The notes under the pieces are model-generated. The model made no database searches, was not told the origin of the DNA, and was given only the letters and a program-made list of their open reading frames with translations. The position numbers and the translations under genes are program-made. A DNA stretch of 64,000 nucleotides from Tubiluchus corallicola (taxonomy: Eukaryota > Animalia > Priapulida), in NCBI GenBank assembly GCA_030141605.1, contig JAQGDQ010000095.1:585353-649352 (forward strand), given 5' to 3'. This document shows, in pieces, positions 1-36,257 of the stretch (the stretch's first letter is position 1; every line of letters begins with the position of its first letter).

Positions 1-427
1 ATGTACTGAAATCGCTGCTCAGTCAGTAAAGTGAGCAGACGAACTTTCAAGCGCTTGCGCAAATGCTTTAACGCTCATCTCACCATCTATTGGTGACAAA
101 AGTACGTAACCGGTGTTTTGCTACTGACTACGAAGGTAGTAAGGACGAGTACCGTTTGAGCCTACCAGCTAAGGAGATAATAGTCTAGATGCGCAGCATC
201 TGATATACGTTTTGCTAAAATTTACAGAAACACTAAGTAGTTCGGAATGAAGAAATTATATTTGATTATGTACAAATAAGTGTTCTGTTTCAGTGATTGC
301 AGGAAACATATAGTACGCACACACTAATTAATGCAATAATAATATGTAATACGCCGGCATTGTGCATGGCTAGATTTACTGAATATAAGAGAAACTACAG
401 AACGCACACTTTTATTGAACAGATGTG

Positions 428-520
428 TGTACTGATAGGAAAAGCAACAACATCAACGAAACAACAACAACGTACAACAACAACAACGACACCAACAACA
501 ACAATGACTATGACAGCAAT
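428..520. repeat. Degenerate (CAA)n microsatellite
   Basis: acaacaacaacgtacaacaacaacaacgacaccaacaacaaca; explains the poly-Q/T and poly-V ORFs at 297-577. Confidence 0.7.
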
Positions 521-636
521 AGTTAAATTAGTATTTTCATAATAGCTCCCCAAGCTATAGCTCCAAGTACATGACACTGTGATGTATCCCTAAGCTTACA
601 GAAAATAATCATTTTTCTATGTTGCAGTTACTTGGT

Positions 637-3600
637 ATGGATGGACGGCAAAGTTCTCCAAAAACTCCCACAGATGAGTGGATGGAAGCAGGATCACCAA
701 CATCAGTGGCACTTCTAGATGAATCCTTCTTGGGATTTTTCAGTTTGTAGGTTTCTTTTTGCAAAATGCAGTCGTGATGTAGTTAATTAATTACAGGCAA
801 TATTCATTCAATTCTTGAATATGAGAAGAAACATAGATGATAAAATGAAGAACTATTACAAAGGTTACTAGATGATTTCAACCAATTTAGAAAATTTGTA
901 TTCAACTTTATTTTCAGTGGATTAAATGCAAGTTCATTTGCATTTATAGAGAAGTTCTTATTTAGATGACAGTATATGATTCAATGTGTTGCAATCAGAT
1001 TATGCTAGCATAAGTGCCACATGCAAATTCTCTTAAATAGGCCTGAGGGCATTAATCACTTTATGTTTGGAAACTGTTGCATTGGTATGCAACTGACTGC
1101 CATTGGTACTCACATTTTGAGATCAATTTCCCTTTCAGATATCAGAAGATTAGTATACTATTAAGTGACTGCTATTGCTATAGATGATTATACAAATATA
1201 AAATGGTCTTGCCACATTTTGACAGCGATTTTCTTGTATTTAGAACTGTCCCCTCTGTTTAGCACTTGGTGCATGTAATTATAATATTTGGAAACAAACC
1301 AATTTTTTGAACACATGAATTTTTTCACTACCAATGAAAATCTTTTCAGGTCTGCTGATGGAGCAAAAATTCCAGTTAGCCTTGCTGGTCTTCAGGATGC
1401 TTTGGACCAAAGTACTATGGACATTGATGGTGACCGGTTGACCGAGGAGCAGCTACAGTTAGCCATCAGTCACTCTTTACTGCTTGTGGTGCAGGATGAG
1501 ATGTTACTACCGTATGGTGAACTTTTACTGCAGTATTCCAATGGTATTAGCTGCAATTACATAGGTAAAGAGTTGCTTAAAGTAGCCTCATAGCACATGC
1601 AGTACATAAAATTGTTATTTGGGTATTATAATAATGAAAAAAGTATAGTTCTCTTTTATAGTGTTTTAGCTACTGCGCGAAAAAATATTAAAATTTATGC
1701 ATATACTTTGCAGCAAGCTTTAGCCTTTGGGTTTTTCACAGACATTTTGCATAAATAATAATGATTTTGTTACAGTACACTGGAATCATTATCATCCACT
1801 TTTTAATGTTTTATGTAAGTAAAGAATTTACATTACAGATCCAATGAGTGGGGATTCACTCTTGCAAAAATGCATCAAATATCAAAATTTTCCACTGGCT
1901 CAATTACTCATCCAACATGGTGCTGACGTGCACAAGTTTAATTCTGTAAGTAAAATGTTGATCAAATATTGCATAATCAAATTAAGTAATAAAGTACAGC
2001 CACGAGTCATGATTTCACTTGGAGATCAAGACTATTAAGCAGATATTAAACTGATAAATAATCAGTCAAGTCATGCTAGCAGTCTGTCTGTCAGCCAGCC
2101 AGTCAGTTAGCTATTTCCAATCAGCTAGGTCAATAACCACAAATTCAATCAATCTGTCAGTCAGCCAGTCATCGTTCTGTCTCCCATCCAAACAGGTATA
2201 TCAAATGATATATCAAACCCTTAAAAATTAGTTTATGGGTTTTGTTGCATTTAATTCTATCGTATCATATTGAAAATCATGTCACTGTCATAACTTAGAC
2301 AGATTTAAAGATTTCCCAGAAAGGACAACCCATTTAAACTCTTGCTGACAATAATGTGCTTATTAAACTGACAAATTTACAACCACATTTTTAATGAAAA
2401 GATGAGTTAAACTGACAGAGTTACTGAGCTTGTTTCACAGAATGTTGCAACACTTTTAGCTAGCATAATCGTGCTGTGTACATCTTCTAATTACGATGAA
2501 TACTTTTACATATGGCAGTAACATCGCATTGTGTCACTCACTTGCTTGTTAATTGTGTTTTCTAGTCAGCTATTAACATTTTTCAACATAAGTTAGTTTG
2601 AAAAGCATTATTGAAAGATAAGCAGCAAGAAGGATAGAATTAACTTACTTATTCGTTAGTTCGATGGATCCTTATTGAGACATTTCAGTTATCCAATTTT
2701 TAGGTTGCTTGTAATTATGTAACTCTATAATTAGATCTTTTTCACCAAGAAGCTAGGATAATTTTCATTCCCGTTGTTGTTGTTTACGCAATAAGTTTTA
2801 TCCAGTTTTTATACCTTGGTGTCACAATTATAGAGTAACTTCATATTCTAAAGTTTTTACAATAAAACGGATAAAAAAGATGGCAGTGCTAAATGGCATT
2901 CTAAATTATATAATTATTCCTGAAATGAATTTCATGACAAATGTGAATGGCACTTCAAATAACATTGTAGTTGGGCAGAAAAAAAACAATAAACGAATTA
3001 CCCAATGCTTTGCATTCTATACTAGTTTGTACATATATTTTGCATGTTTAGAAAAATCAAATGACGTCACTGCACACGGCTTGCTCAGTTCAAAACTCCC
3101 TACACTGGATAGAATTGTTGTGTGAGCTGGGAGCAGATGTCAATGCTCAAAACACAGAAGGACAATCTCCATTACATATATGTCTTTTAGGTAAGTAATA
3201 AATACTGTGATCCATTGCATACCCATCTCCAACTGGCAACTATTTCCATGTCGTTTTCTTTAAATGGCAACTTCATTAAAACACTAAAAGCAAAGCATAA
3301 AAACTACTAAATGTTTCGATCAATGGACTGTTTGTGTTACAAGTGATGAAGACTTATATAAGCCTAATTACCTACAGTAAATGTATGTGTAATTAGAGCC
3401 AATTGGTGAGGTGTAAATGTACAAAGTATCGCAATTCCTTAATCTTTGTTTTCGTAATACCAGTGTACTTTCTGTTTAAATACGACTGTCTAAATGACTT
3501 CTAACTATACATAAATTTACTGAAGGCAATTCTTCATGGCTTGTAACATAAAATAGTCCATTGATGATGACTGCTAGCTGTTTGCAGTTCAAACGTCAGG

Positions 3601-4600
3601 ACGTTTTTTATGCTTTGGTTTTACGGTTTTAGTAAAAGTTATTTAAAAAAGATATTTCTATTTCTGTTTTTGTAGTGTTCTGTTAATTTGGGAAAATTTC
3701 CATCTAAACCTGTGTTTACAGCATTTTAGACAGTTTGCATCTCAGTGATATAAAACATCAATGACTAAGTTGCAAGTAATCACTGGCTCACATCAATATT
3801 CACAAAGTGTATGAAGTTGTAATGAATTACTACATGTACTGGATATAGTAGAGACTTGCTGTAAATATTGTGAGCAGGCAATTGTCTCATGTGCTGATAT
3901 CTTTTTTGTAGGTAGTACCCAAAGTCCCTTTTCTCAGATGCAAGAAATGGTAACTATTCTAATAAAATATGGTGCAGATCCTAATGTATTAGACCACGCA
4001 GGAGAAAATGTTCTTTTGTACATTCGAACAATACTCCAACAAGGTGCTTTCAGTCTAGCAAAATGTCTAGCTGAAATACTGCTCGAAAATGGTGCAGATG
4101 TCTCATGTCGGAATTGTCACCAAAAGACTTTACTGGCTTACAGTATAGGATATTTAGATAATAGTATAGCACTCACCCGGTTGCTTATAAACTATGGTGC
4201 ATTTGTGTGGGACACGCAGGGCCAGGACGACACGGACCATTCCGCGTTCTCGTGGTATCTCAAAGCTGTGATCAACCAGTCTCAGTTCACAAATTGTACA
4301 GTTACGCTGGAGCTCATATCGCGCGTGATGGGCGAGTACCCAAAGCTAATGTATGCGCACATGTTGAGGACTATGTTCAGACATGTTCGTTGTTTCCGAA
4401 TTTTTGGCCCAGTGTTCCTACAAATTAAGCATGTCATGATGAAATACTGGACTGGGCCACCACATCTCAGGTACTTGTGCTGGCGTGCCATCCGCAAGTC
4501 AATGAGTCCGACTCGAATCCAGCGTGATGCGTGTCACCTAAGAATACCACTTCGATTGGAGCGGTATCTCACGATGGAAGATATTGCCTGTGATAGGTAA
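637..4600 (+). CDS. Ankyrin-repeat and SOCS-box (ASB-like) protein, 5 coding exons, ~419 aa
   Basis: Exons 637-746, 1350-1564, 1839-1945, 3052-3190, 3912-4600 join through GT-AG introns into one 1260-nt frame. Ankyrin motifs: LLIQHGADVH, LLCELGADVNAQNTEGQSPLH, LIKYGADPN, LLENGADVS. C-terminal SOCS box: PPHLRYLCWRAIRKSM...LRIPLRLERYL. The start exon is the least certain part. Confidence 0.85.
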
Positions 4601-7139
4601 AATTAGCTGCTAGTAATTAGGAGCCGAGCGATATGCGATTAGCCATACATCTACTAGTCAATTACCTGAAATGTCACTTTTTAGTTCCACATGGTGTCAT
4701 GAAATCAACACTGGATTATTAAATAATATCACACATTCTTGCATTACTATTCTGGACATCCATTACTATTTATACATTGCAGAATTCTACAAAGTGGCTG
4801 TTGTGTGAACTACACCAAGATTATACTTAGTACAAGTGTGATTTTTTTTCTTTTCCTAAATGTTGTGTAAGCTTGATCATTTTACTGGATCCAGTTTTCT
4901 TCTAGATGGAGATGAAAGGTTTGTTTGCAAGAAAAAATGCAGTTAAAAACTGAATAAAATTGCATTTACAATTAACAGGCAATTAAAAAATTGTAAGGTA
5001 TCCCATTTCTAAAGAATTAACTTGTCTAAGCGCACTAGAAAACATAACAGCTAACCCAGCGCCCCCACATTCTTCAAAACTTTAAGACCAGAATCAGTCA
5101 GAGACGATTATCTGGGTATGCAAAGAAGATACAACTAGGTACATTAGATGTGCGAGAGCCAATGGGCCAGGAGCTGTAATTATGTGGTTAATGGTATGCC
5201 ATCAATTGCGTATGGAAATTAGTCATGATTTACAGGAGGAAGACGACTATACTCCTTTACAAAAGTATTAAAAAGCACGTCTGACAAAGAATGTTTAATG
5301 AAGGCGCTATTGGGAATTAATATCTGCAATTTCACGTTACTTCTCAGTTTTTGCAATGTAACTTTTATGAATGTAGTGTCAAGTGTAGTTATGTTTATTA
5401 AATGTTGTTGACCATTTCTTTTTATCATGCTCAATAAGCACATTAAGTAACTGTGATGTTGTTAAGTGTACCATTCCTTGTAACGCCCTAAATTATTATC
5501 GTCTTGATGCCAAAGCTATTGTAATGTACCAGAATGCCCGGCATTGCTTGTATGCACTTAACTGAAAAGGTATGTAGGCGCATTATAAGACATTTAATGT
5601 CTACATTCATATCTCAAACTATTCCAAAATCAATACAAATTTGAGACATGAATCGTATGTATGTATCAAGGAAGTTTAATGTTAAATTCAACGGGCACAT
5701 GTGTTCTTTTAACTTGCTTTTATGTTAATTATTACTGAAAAGTGAACATTTCAATAAGAGCAGTCAATTTTAGATAAATATGGAAGAATAGAGAAGTGTG
5801 TTGAATCTAGGTGCACTAATAAACAGACTGTAGGGATTGCAACTGTATATTGTAGAAACAAATTGTTGTTCTTGCACTTTTTACAAGCTCTAAGCAACTA
5901 CAAAATAGATTTACTGTTTTTTATACCTATTTATGTTACCATACTTTCTAAATGGCACTGTGTTGTTTGGCAAATTGGCAATTGCTGGGCTATATATTCA
6001 TGTTATTGCCATTTATTGCATTTAAATGTTGTATTCATTGTTAACTTTATTCATGTTATATGTGGCAGTGATAAACAGTTTAATAACATATCTTGCCATT
6101 GATGTTATTTTTTAGATAAACTGTTCATGGCAATTCTGCAAACGCTCAATGAGCCGATCTGTTTTCATTTCTCTTGTAGAAACAGTTTTTATTCACTTGC
6201 ACAATGACACACAATTGTCAAAAATAAATGTCCATCATTTTAACAAAATATACATTAATCCACATGTATTATTATTCTGATTTAATCATATCATTTTGGT
6301 GAAATATAGCAATGTAAAGGTGGAATGCCCTAAATTTATCAGTGCTGTACTATCCATAGTGAGATAACTTATGACATATATTACAAGGTTAAAACTTGTC
6401 TTTGCAATCTGTCTTTTTAAACAAATTGTGCAGTTTTTCCTGATCAAGGAACATGATTATGCAGACAAGCCATTTGTGTCTACTCAATATATAGTCACAA
6501 CTGGAATGCATAGCATAAAAAGGAATAAATTACATAAGCTGGCGTAATTGGTTGATTTCATCAAAGTTTAACCATAATGTTGCATTTTAACTTATAGTTC
6601 GCAGCAGTGCACATGACGGATCAAATTTACAATCACAATTCATGTTGTGACTTGAATATTTTAAAATAATAGATCAAAATTGATCAAACCTAAATAACAT
6701 GCTACTTAGTTTTTTAACTTGTTGTTGGAATTTGACTTATTGTGTGCTATATTAATAGTTTTACTGTTCAATTATTGTACTTGCTGTATTGTACAATATA
6801 CATAACATTTTAACCTATTATGTGTCAACTTTACTCATTCATTTTTTCTATTTGTATGTTATGTCATTATGCTCAAACCCAAACTTTTAAGTAAACTATT
6901 GTTAAAAAAACTAAACTTTGATCATTTTTGTTTCGATGTGTATTTAGAAATGAAAAAAATGACAAGGGTATTTTGCAGTGATGTGTTATAGCAACAATTT
7001 TCTTTTTAATATAGCTAGGTTATGGCTCCAAAACTTGCTACAAAATGTAGGACTCATGCTTGCAGTGTAAAATTGCATAAACAAAAAAATGAAAGCACTA
7101 AGAATGTAATTGTAGCGTTCCAAGTTTTATACTCTAACT

Positions 7140-7669
7140 CACTGGTTCCCAACCTTTTGTTGACGGCGACCCCTTTCCAGAACCCTGCATCATATCACAA
7201 CCTCACGAAGAACACATGTTACAATATTAAACACCATTATCATTCGCATTTATTAGTTTTAACTTATTATTCAACAAATTATTGAACAATGAGTGATTGC
7301 TTCATTAATGGGATGGTTGCACCCGTTTCTCAGCGACCAGTAATGCAACAGCAATAGGTATCTAAGGTAAAATGAACAGTGACATGCTTTCGGGCAGTGT
7401 ACACTGTACACAAGTGTACAGCACGGAACAATGTGCATTTTCATTTTTCTGGAAAATCAAGCACTGATATGTCGCATTTAGAGCGGGAAAACCCAGTTTC
7501 ACTTTCCAGAACAAAATGATGTAATGAGAGAGTGACAAAACAAGACCTACTTACATACATTTCATGAAAACAGCATTTTTTAAAAATAGTTTTTGGACTA
7601 GCCTGCGACTCCACGAAACGTGCTTGGAGACCCCAATTGGGGTCATGATCCCAAGGTTAGGAACCCATG
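7140..7669. mobile_element. hAT (Charlie-like) non-autonomous DNA transposon / MITE
   Basis: Imperfect TIRs cactggttcccaacc ... ggttaggaacccatg. Subterminal gcgacccc and gaccccaattggggtc motifs. 8-bp flanks ctctaact (7132-7139) and ctttaact (7670-7677) match at 7/8, consistent with a hAT target-site duplication. Confidence 0.75.
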
Positions 7670-8807
7670 CTTTAACTTATATTGAAGTGGATCTTGTGGA
7701 AATAATCAAGTATTCAAGCACTAGTTCTTATAAAATAATTTTATTTTATATAATGTAGAGTTGTAGACAAATGCAGTCACCTAACAGCAATTCTGTTTCA
7801 AATAATCATAAAATTATAAAACACTTTAAAGTGTTTTTACATAGATTAGGCCCATAACTTTATACTCTGATAGCAATTTCACTCAAGTAAGTGACTTAAG
7901 TGGAATCAAATTTAAAGAAGCAAAGATTTTAAAATTAAACTTTTACAGCACACAAAGCATAGTCATCATTAACATTTTCTTGTTAGAAAGACTTTAATAA
8001 TTTTACCAAAATAAATAAACTATTCCACAAATCCACAAATACTAAAAGCTAACACATTTTGAAGCAGTTTCACCATGAAGCTGAGTTTATGGCTCACATA
8101 ATATTGCTTTTTTAAAAAAATTTAAATTTATGAAATTATGACCAATGGGGGATGTCAATCATGTCATTTTGATTCTTTTAGTAATGAAGAATATGCAGTC
8201 TGTATGGCAACTGCAATGGGTTTAAAAATTTATTGGCATCTTGCAAACTGTCAGAAAGTTGTTAATGGAATAGAAATATTGACCCAAACTAGAAGAGAAA
8301 TTGCACTAAACTGTATATGCAACTTCTGAAAATAGAGGCCTGAAAAGCATAAACCAGTAGAGCAATCAATATATGCAACGTGGTATGAAATGTTTAAGAA
8401 TGAGCATTTCTGAGACAATTCTCAAGCAACTTTTCCTGTCTGCCAGAGTACAAATGCCAGTTGCAGTCAAATATAAGAAAGAGTTAACAAACTTGCAACT
8501 CAACTCTAGACCTATATTAACTTGGTGTTTATATTAAAAAGCACAGATCTATTAACCATTTTACCGTTATGCCACACAACATTCAATATAAAAACTGATA
8601 CTTTGTTTATTCAAATAGAAGCCAGGTGTAGTTACTAAAGACTTCTTACAATGTACTGGAAGAGATAAACACAAGTTTTCTAGGTCTCAAATTTTGTTAT
8701 TGCTGGATATTTATGGATTAAGTTAATGCTGGTATTTGAATAAACACAATAACACAAGGCACCTGAAGACTGTGATGAGAAGAATCATTCTAGCAAGAAT
8801 TACTCTC

Positions 8808-11800
8808 CTATACAACTCGTCGTACTTCGAAGAATCTTCTTAGATAGTATACCTGTCCAACTGTCATGGCAACGAGAACTAAAGCCTCGAAGAATGACCA
8901 TAACACTACACGAGAGTTCGTGTTATCATTAACTGAAGAAAAAAAATTAATAAAATTTTAGGAGTTTTACTGTTCTGTATATCATACCTACTTATCTGAT
9001 TAATTGCCAAGTACCTCACCATTGAACTTTACCAAATTATAACTGGCTTTTAAGTTTTTTGTATATGTTTGAACAATTACTGCAAAAAACTAATAACAAG
9101 TGTGCACTGAAAGTCCACAGTAAAAATCAGTGGATTAGAGTTTTTATCATAAAGGTTTTAATATTATTTGTTTAGTTAATAATAGGGTCAGTCTAAGATC
9201 AATAATAAGAAAACACTGTGGTCAGTCTGGCACTTCTGTCAACAGAGCTTCAAAATCACTAATATTTACTTCATTATTCTAAATTTACGTTCGAGAAAAA
9301 CTGTCCAAACTTAGTATACCAAAAACTGCAGAAAATACAGTACAATTCAGAAGACAAGTAATTGTCATAATAATTATTTTATTTACATTCAACCAGTTAA
9401 TATTACAGTTACGTGCACTAATCTACGTATACTAGCTATGGCCTGATCTATTTTTGGTAATAAAATGAACAAATTTCAAAACTGAAAAAAATTTCATATC
9501 TTACTCGATCTGTGTATCCTGTCTCTGACTTCCATGTACTCCTGTTCATGTTTGACTCCTATTAATCCTGTTGATAACTGATTTATCATGTCTTCTAGCC
9601 GCTGTTGCACATCTGAAAATAAAACATTTATATATTAATGCTTTAAAGCAGAATACACTTTCAGTAATACTGTATTTTCTACTCTTATTCACTCCAAAGA
9701 ACAAAGATGCTTACTATGTCACCAAAATTCAAGTAGCACTGTATAACTGTAGTAATGCAGAAACTTTTAATACGCTTAATTAAAGACATATCTTTATAAC
9801 GAATCCTTTAGATAGCCTATTTACAACAGTCTATTTACAATAAATTTACCTACGCTTTATATTATCACTGTTTTAACTTGTATTTCATTGCCCAATTACC
9901 TATGAAAATTTATTAGCAATGTCTTAACGTGTATTTCATGCATCATGCTGGTCTTAATTTTTCCTTTCTGTTTTTATATATCAATTATTGTTACTTGTCA
10001 GCAGTGTTGCTCAAGATGCAATGTCATGCTGTAAAAATCAATTATGTAATTATCATTAAGAAGATACTGTATGGAACATGTTTGTAAGCCATGCATGTGT
10101 AGAAAAAACTTAAAAATCAATACATATTTGTCTTACAGTGTGTAATAAGTACAAAAATTACATGGAAACGAGTTGGCAAAAAAGCAATGGTCAGGACAGC
10201 ACAACGTAACTGATCGACTACCAACTGCTTACAAAGCTTGCATTCTTGCATAAGCATAACATAAAAGCATGTCCTGCTTAACGTCAAAGCTCCATAAAGG
10301 AAAGTAGGAAACCATTAACCAAACGTGCACTCCTAAAAGACTGACGTACTACGTAGCAGGAAATTGTTCCAAGCACTACATTTACCACAAGTTAATTTAT
10401 TCAGACTCAGGTAAAATGAATGTAGGTTGTTACTGATTGAAGTAAAATTATGTCTACACCAGTCACTTCAGAACAATTTCACATCAAAGTCTTACTCACT
10501 CCACAGTGGATTAAATACAAGGTACAATACCACCAAATAAATAATGATAAATGAGACTGCTTACTGATTGCTTAGGATGTAATTTTCTCACATACAGTGT
10601 GTTTTAAATGGCAGCACTGTTAATGTGATAAAAAAAGACATAATTATTTTTTTATACCATGAATTCACTTATTCTTTAATTTATAAGACAGAAATACGAT
10701 ACTGCATTCGCTATGCAGTTCATTGTTGTTTATTATCAAATTCAGTGCTGTATGTGTTTCAATGTTTTTATTATGGACTCAATGTAATAATAACTACCAA
10801 ATTGTTTTTATAAATAATTAACACTAGTTTGGAAACGTAGCTGATTATTATTATTATTATTATTAGTTATTATTACTATCTTTATCATTATTGTGCATTT
10901 TACTCACACCTTAAAATTGATATTGCACATGTACATTGTACAATGATGTCAGTATGCAACAAACATATACAAATAAAGGTATGAATTAGGAATGTAATAA
11001 AAGGATTAGTATGCTACATTAATATAGTATGCTATATTAAAGTTTTTGCTACTATTTCATTACAATTCCCAGCCAAACTCAATAGAATATTATTAATGGC
11101 ACCAAAGAATTTTCAGTGATATCAATACAAAATTAGTCCGAGAATGATTTCATGAGGCTGTCCACGCATCTTGGGTTCATGAATATGGATATGAATTTAT
11201 TGACAGTTCTGCTGATCTGATATAGCACCTACTTTTTGTGCAACACAATTCTGAGAAACAGGAATGGGTGTTGTTATTCATTTATAAACGTAAGTCAGAA
11301 ACGTATTGCAGTGCAATAGCCTGATTAATCATCCCATACAGTTTTACTTCATCCACTCGCACCACCAGCATTCACCATGGGTTGCATTCTATTTATCTTC
11401 TACTTAACTGACAACTTTTGCCTGTATATAAGCCCTGGTCCCTGTTAGTGTCTGTTGTACTTTGTTCAGTGACTTTATACTTCCGCTGTGTTTTTTCTAT
11501 GTACTTCACAGTACTTGCATCCCTTTCATGAGTTAATAATATAAATAAAAAATTCCCCAAAAAATTAGTTTACTAGTTCTATAATTCCTTGTGATTTTTT
11601 CTCTTTTTTGTTCACCCGAAGAACTAAAGAAGTAGTTCGAAACACTGTGTCCCTTCTTTCTTTTCCCTTGCTTTTTAATTATGGGATTTTTTATTCGTTC
11701 ACAATTTGCCCTTCTAATATTTTAGACAGTAGATTATTTTGACATGTAACACATAAATTACCTACCATGCGTATCCTCTTCAGGTGATGAAGGGGTATCG

Positions 11801-12610
11801 ATGTCCATTGTAAACATAACAATTTTTGGCGTCATCGTTGACATTTTATTGCTAAAACAATATGTGTAGACGCCATCTTTGTCAGCTGCAAACGTGTACT
11901 TTCCATTTGATTCTCTATCCCCTTGATAGATCACTTTGCCTTCTGGACCTTCAAGCTGTTAAAAATATTTTGTATATATTATATTTCTTGGCAGTGTTCC
12001 AAATATCATACACTACTTAATACATATGCAACAGATGCCTTTCTTATTTATACTTTAGAAACATCAATGCCATAAATTGCATACATGTATAAGAGTCACT
12101 GTACACAATTTTTACCATTTTTCAAACAGTAGTAGTACCACAAAACTACAACTTAAAACTACAATACCTATGCCTTCAATGATACCGTAACAGTGATGCA
12201 AAAGTACCTTAGGTGGTGATTAGCAATTGTTCTTTTGTTGTAATTTTGAACTCGAAATAAGATAAACGAAGCTGCTTTTTTCAACTCTAACAGAAACAAT
12301 GAGCCAAATGACATATTTTGTGTAACTCGCTATACATTCATCAACTCCACCTAAACCTAAACTGCAAACTACACCCTCTGTTGACAATGAAAGAGCGTGC
12401 TGATTAGATCATCAAAATTATTACTTTAACATCGATATCCAAGAAACCGCCTTCAGCAACTTCGAACATTAAGCTTAATTTTGTGCCTTTAGTCACTTTG
12501 TCATAAAAGCATTCTTCTGCATGTGCATCTATGTGTATAAAATAACAGTCAACTGAAACAATAGCTGCTAAGCAAATAATTATATTTAATATCACTTCAA
12601 AGTAATTCAT
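8808..12610 (-). CDS. TMED2: Transmembrane emp24 domain-containing protein 2 (p24 beta), 4 exons, 202 aa
   Basis: Exons 12425-12610, 11766-11955, 9505-9612, 8808-8932 total 609 nt in frame. Signal peptide, GOLD domain ([11 protein letters not shown]...[13 protein letters not shown]...[13 protein letters not shown]), coiled coil ([10 protein letters not shown]), TM segment and the diagnostic C-terminus [10 protein letters not shown]. Confidence 0.96.
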
Positions 12611-13055
12611 TGTTGCATCGGAGGATTAAATAAAAATTCACAAGTAACTACTGAAACTAAATAATTTAGAAAACAGCCACGCAATGATAAATTTGTACTT
12701 CCATCTAGTGGCCAATTACAAAAAAATTATTAGTAATTTATACAATTTTGCACGTAAAATGACAGCTGCATACCATTTTGATCAGTTCTTACGCAATCTT
12801 CAATATATTTAACTTATTTAACATTTTTCGTTAAAAGTTTTAACTTTTGTTTTTTTCTAGCTTGAAAAATACTAACCGGAAATTACGTCAGTCTGACTCA
12901 GTTTGGCGTCATTGCTAGTGGTCAGTTAGAGTACCTAGTGAGAGCCTGAGAAGTCTGTTTTCAGTCCGATGCAGTATGTGAAATGACGAAATTTCGTTAT
13001 ATGTGTAGAGACTTTTTTCTATAAAGTATTATCAGTTTCTTCGTCTTGCGATAAA
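12611..13055. promoter_or_regulatory. Putative bidirectional promoter between TMED2 and the RILP-like gene
   Basis: Only 445 bp separate the divergent start codons. Contains CCGGAAATTACGTCA (12876-12890, ETS plus CRE-like) and TGACTCA (12894-12900, AP-1 consensus). Confidence 0.65.

Positions 13056-36257
<23,202 letters not shown>

Noticed and set aside
297-577. Poly-T/Q and poly-V ORFs
   Set aside because: Products of the (CAA)n repeat; no domain or splice support.
11393-11530. Short open frame ([13 protein letters not shown]...) on the minus strand of TMED2 intron 2
   Set aside because: No in-phase acceptor and no recognisable homology; the TMED2 model is complete without it.
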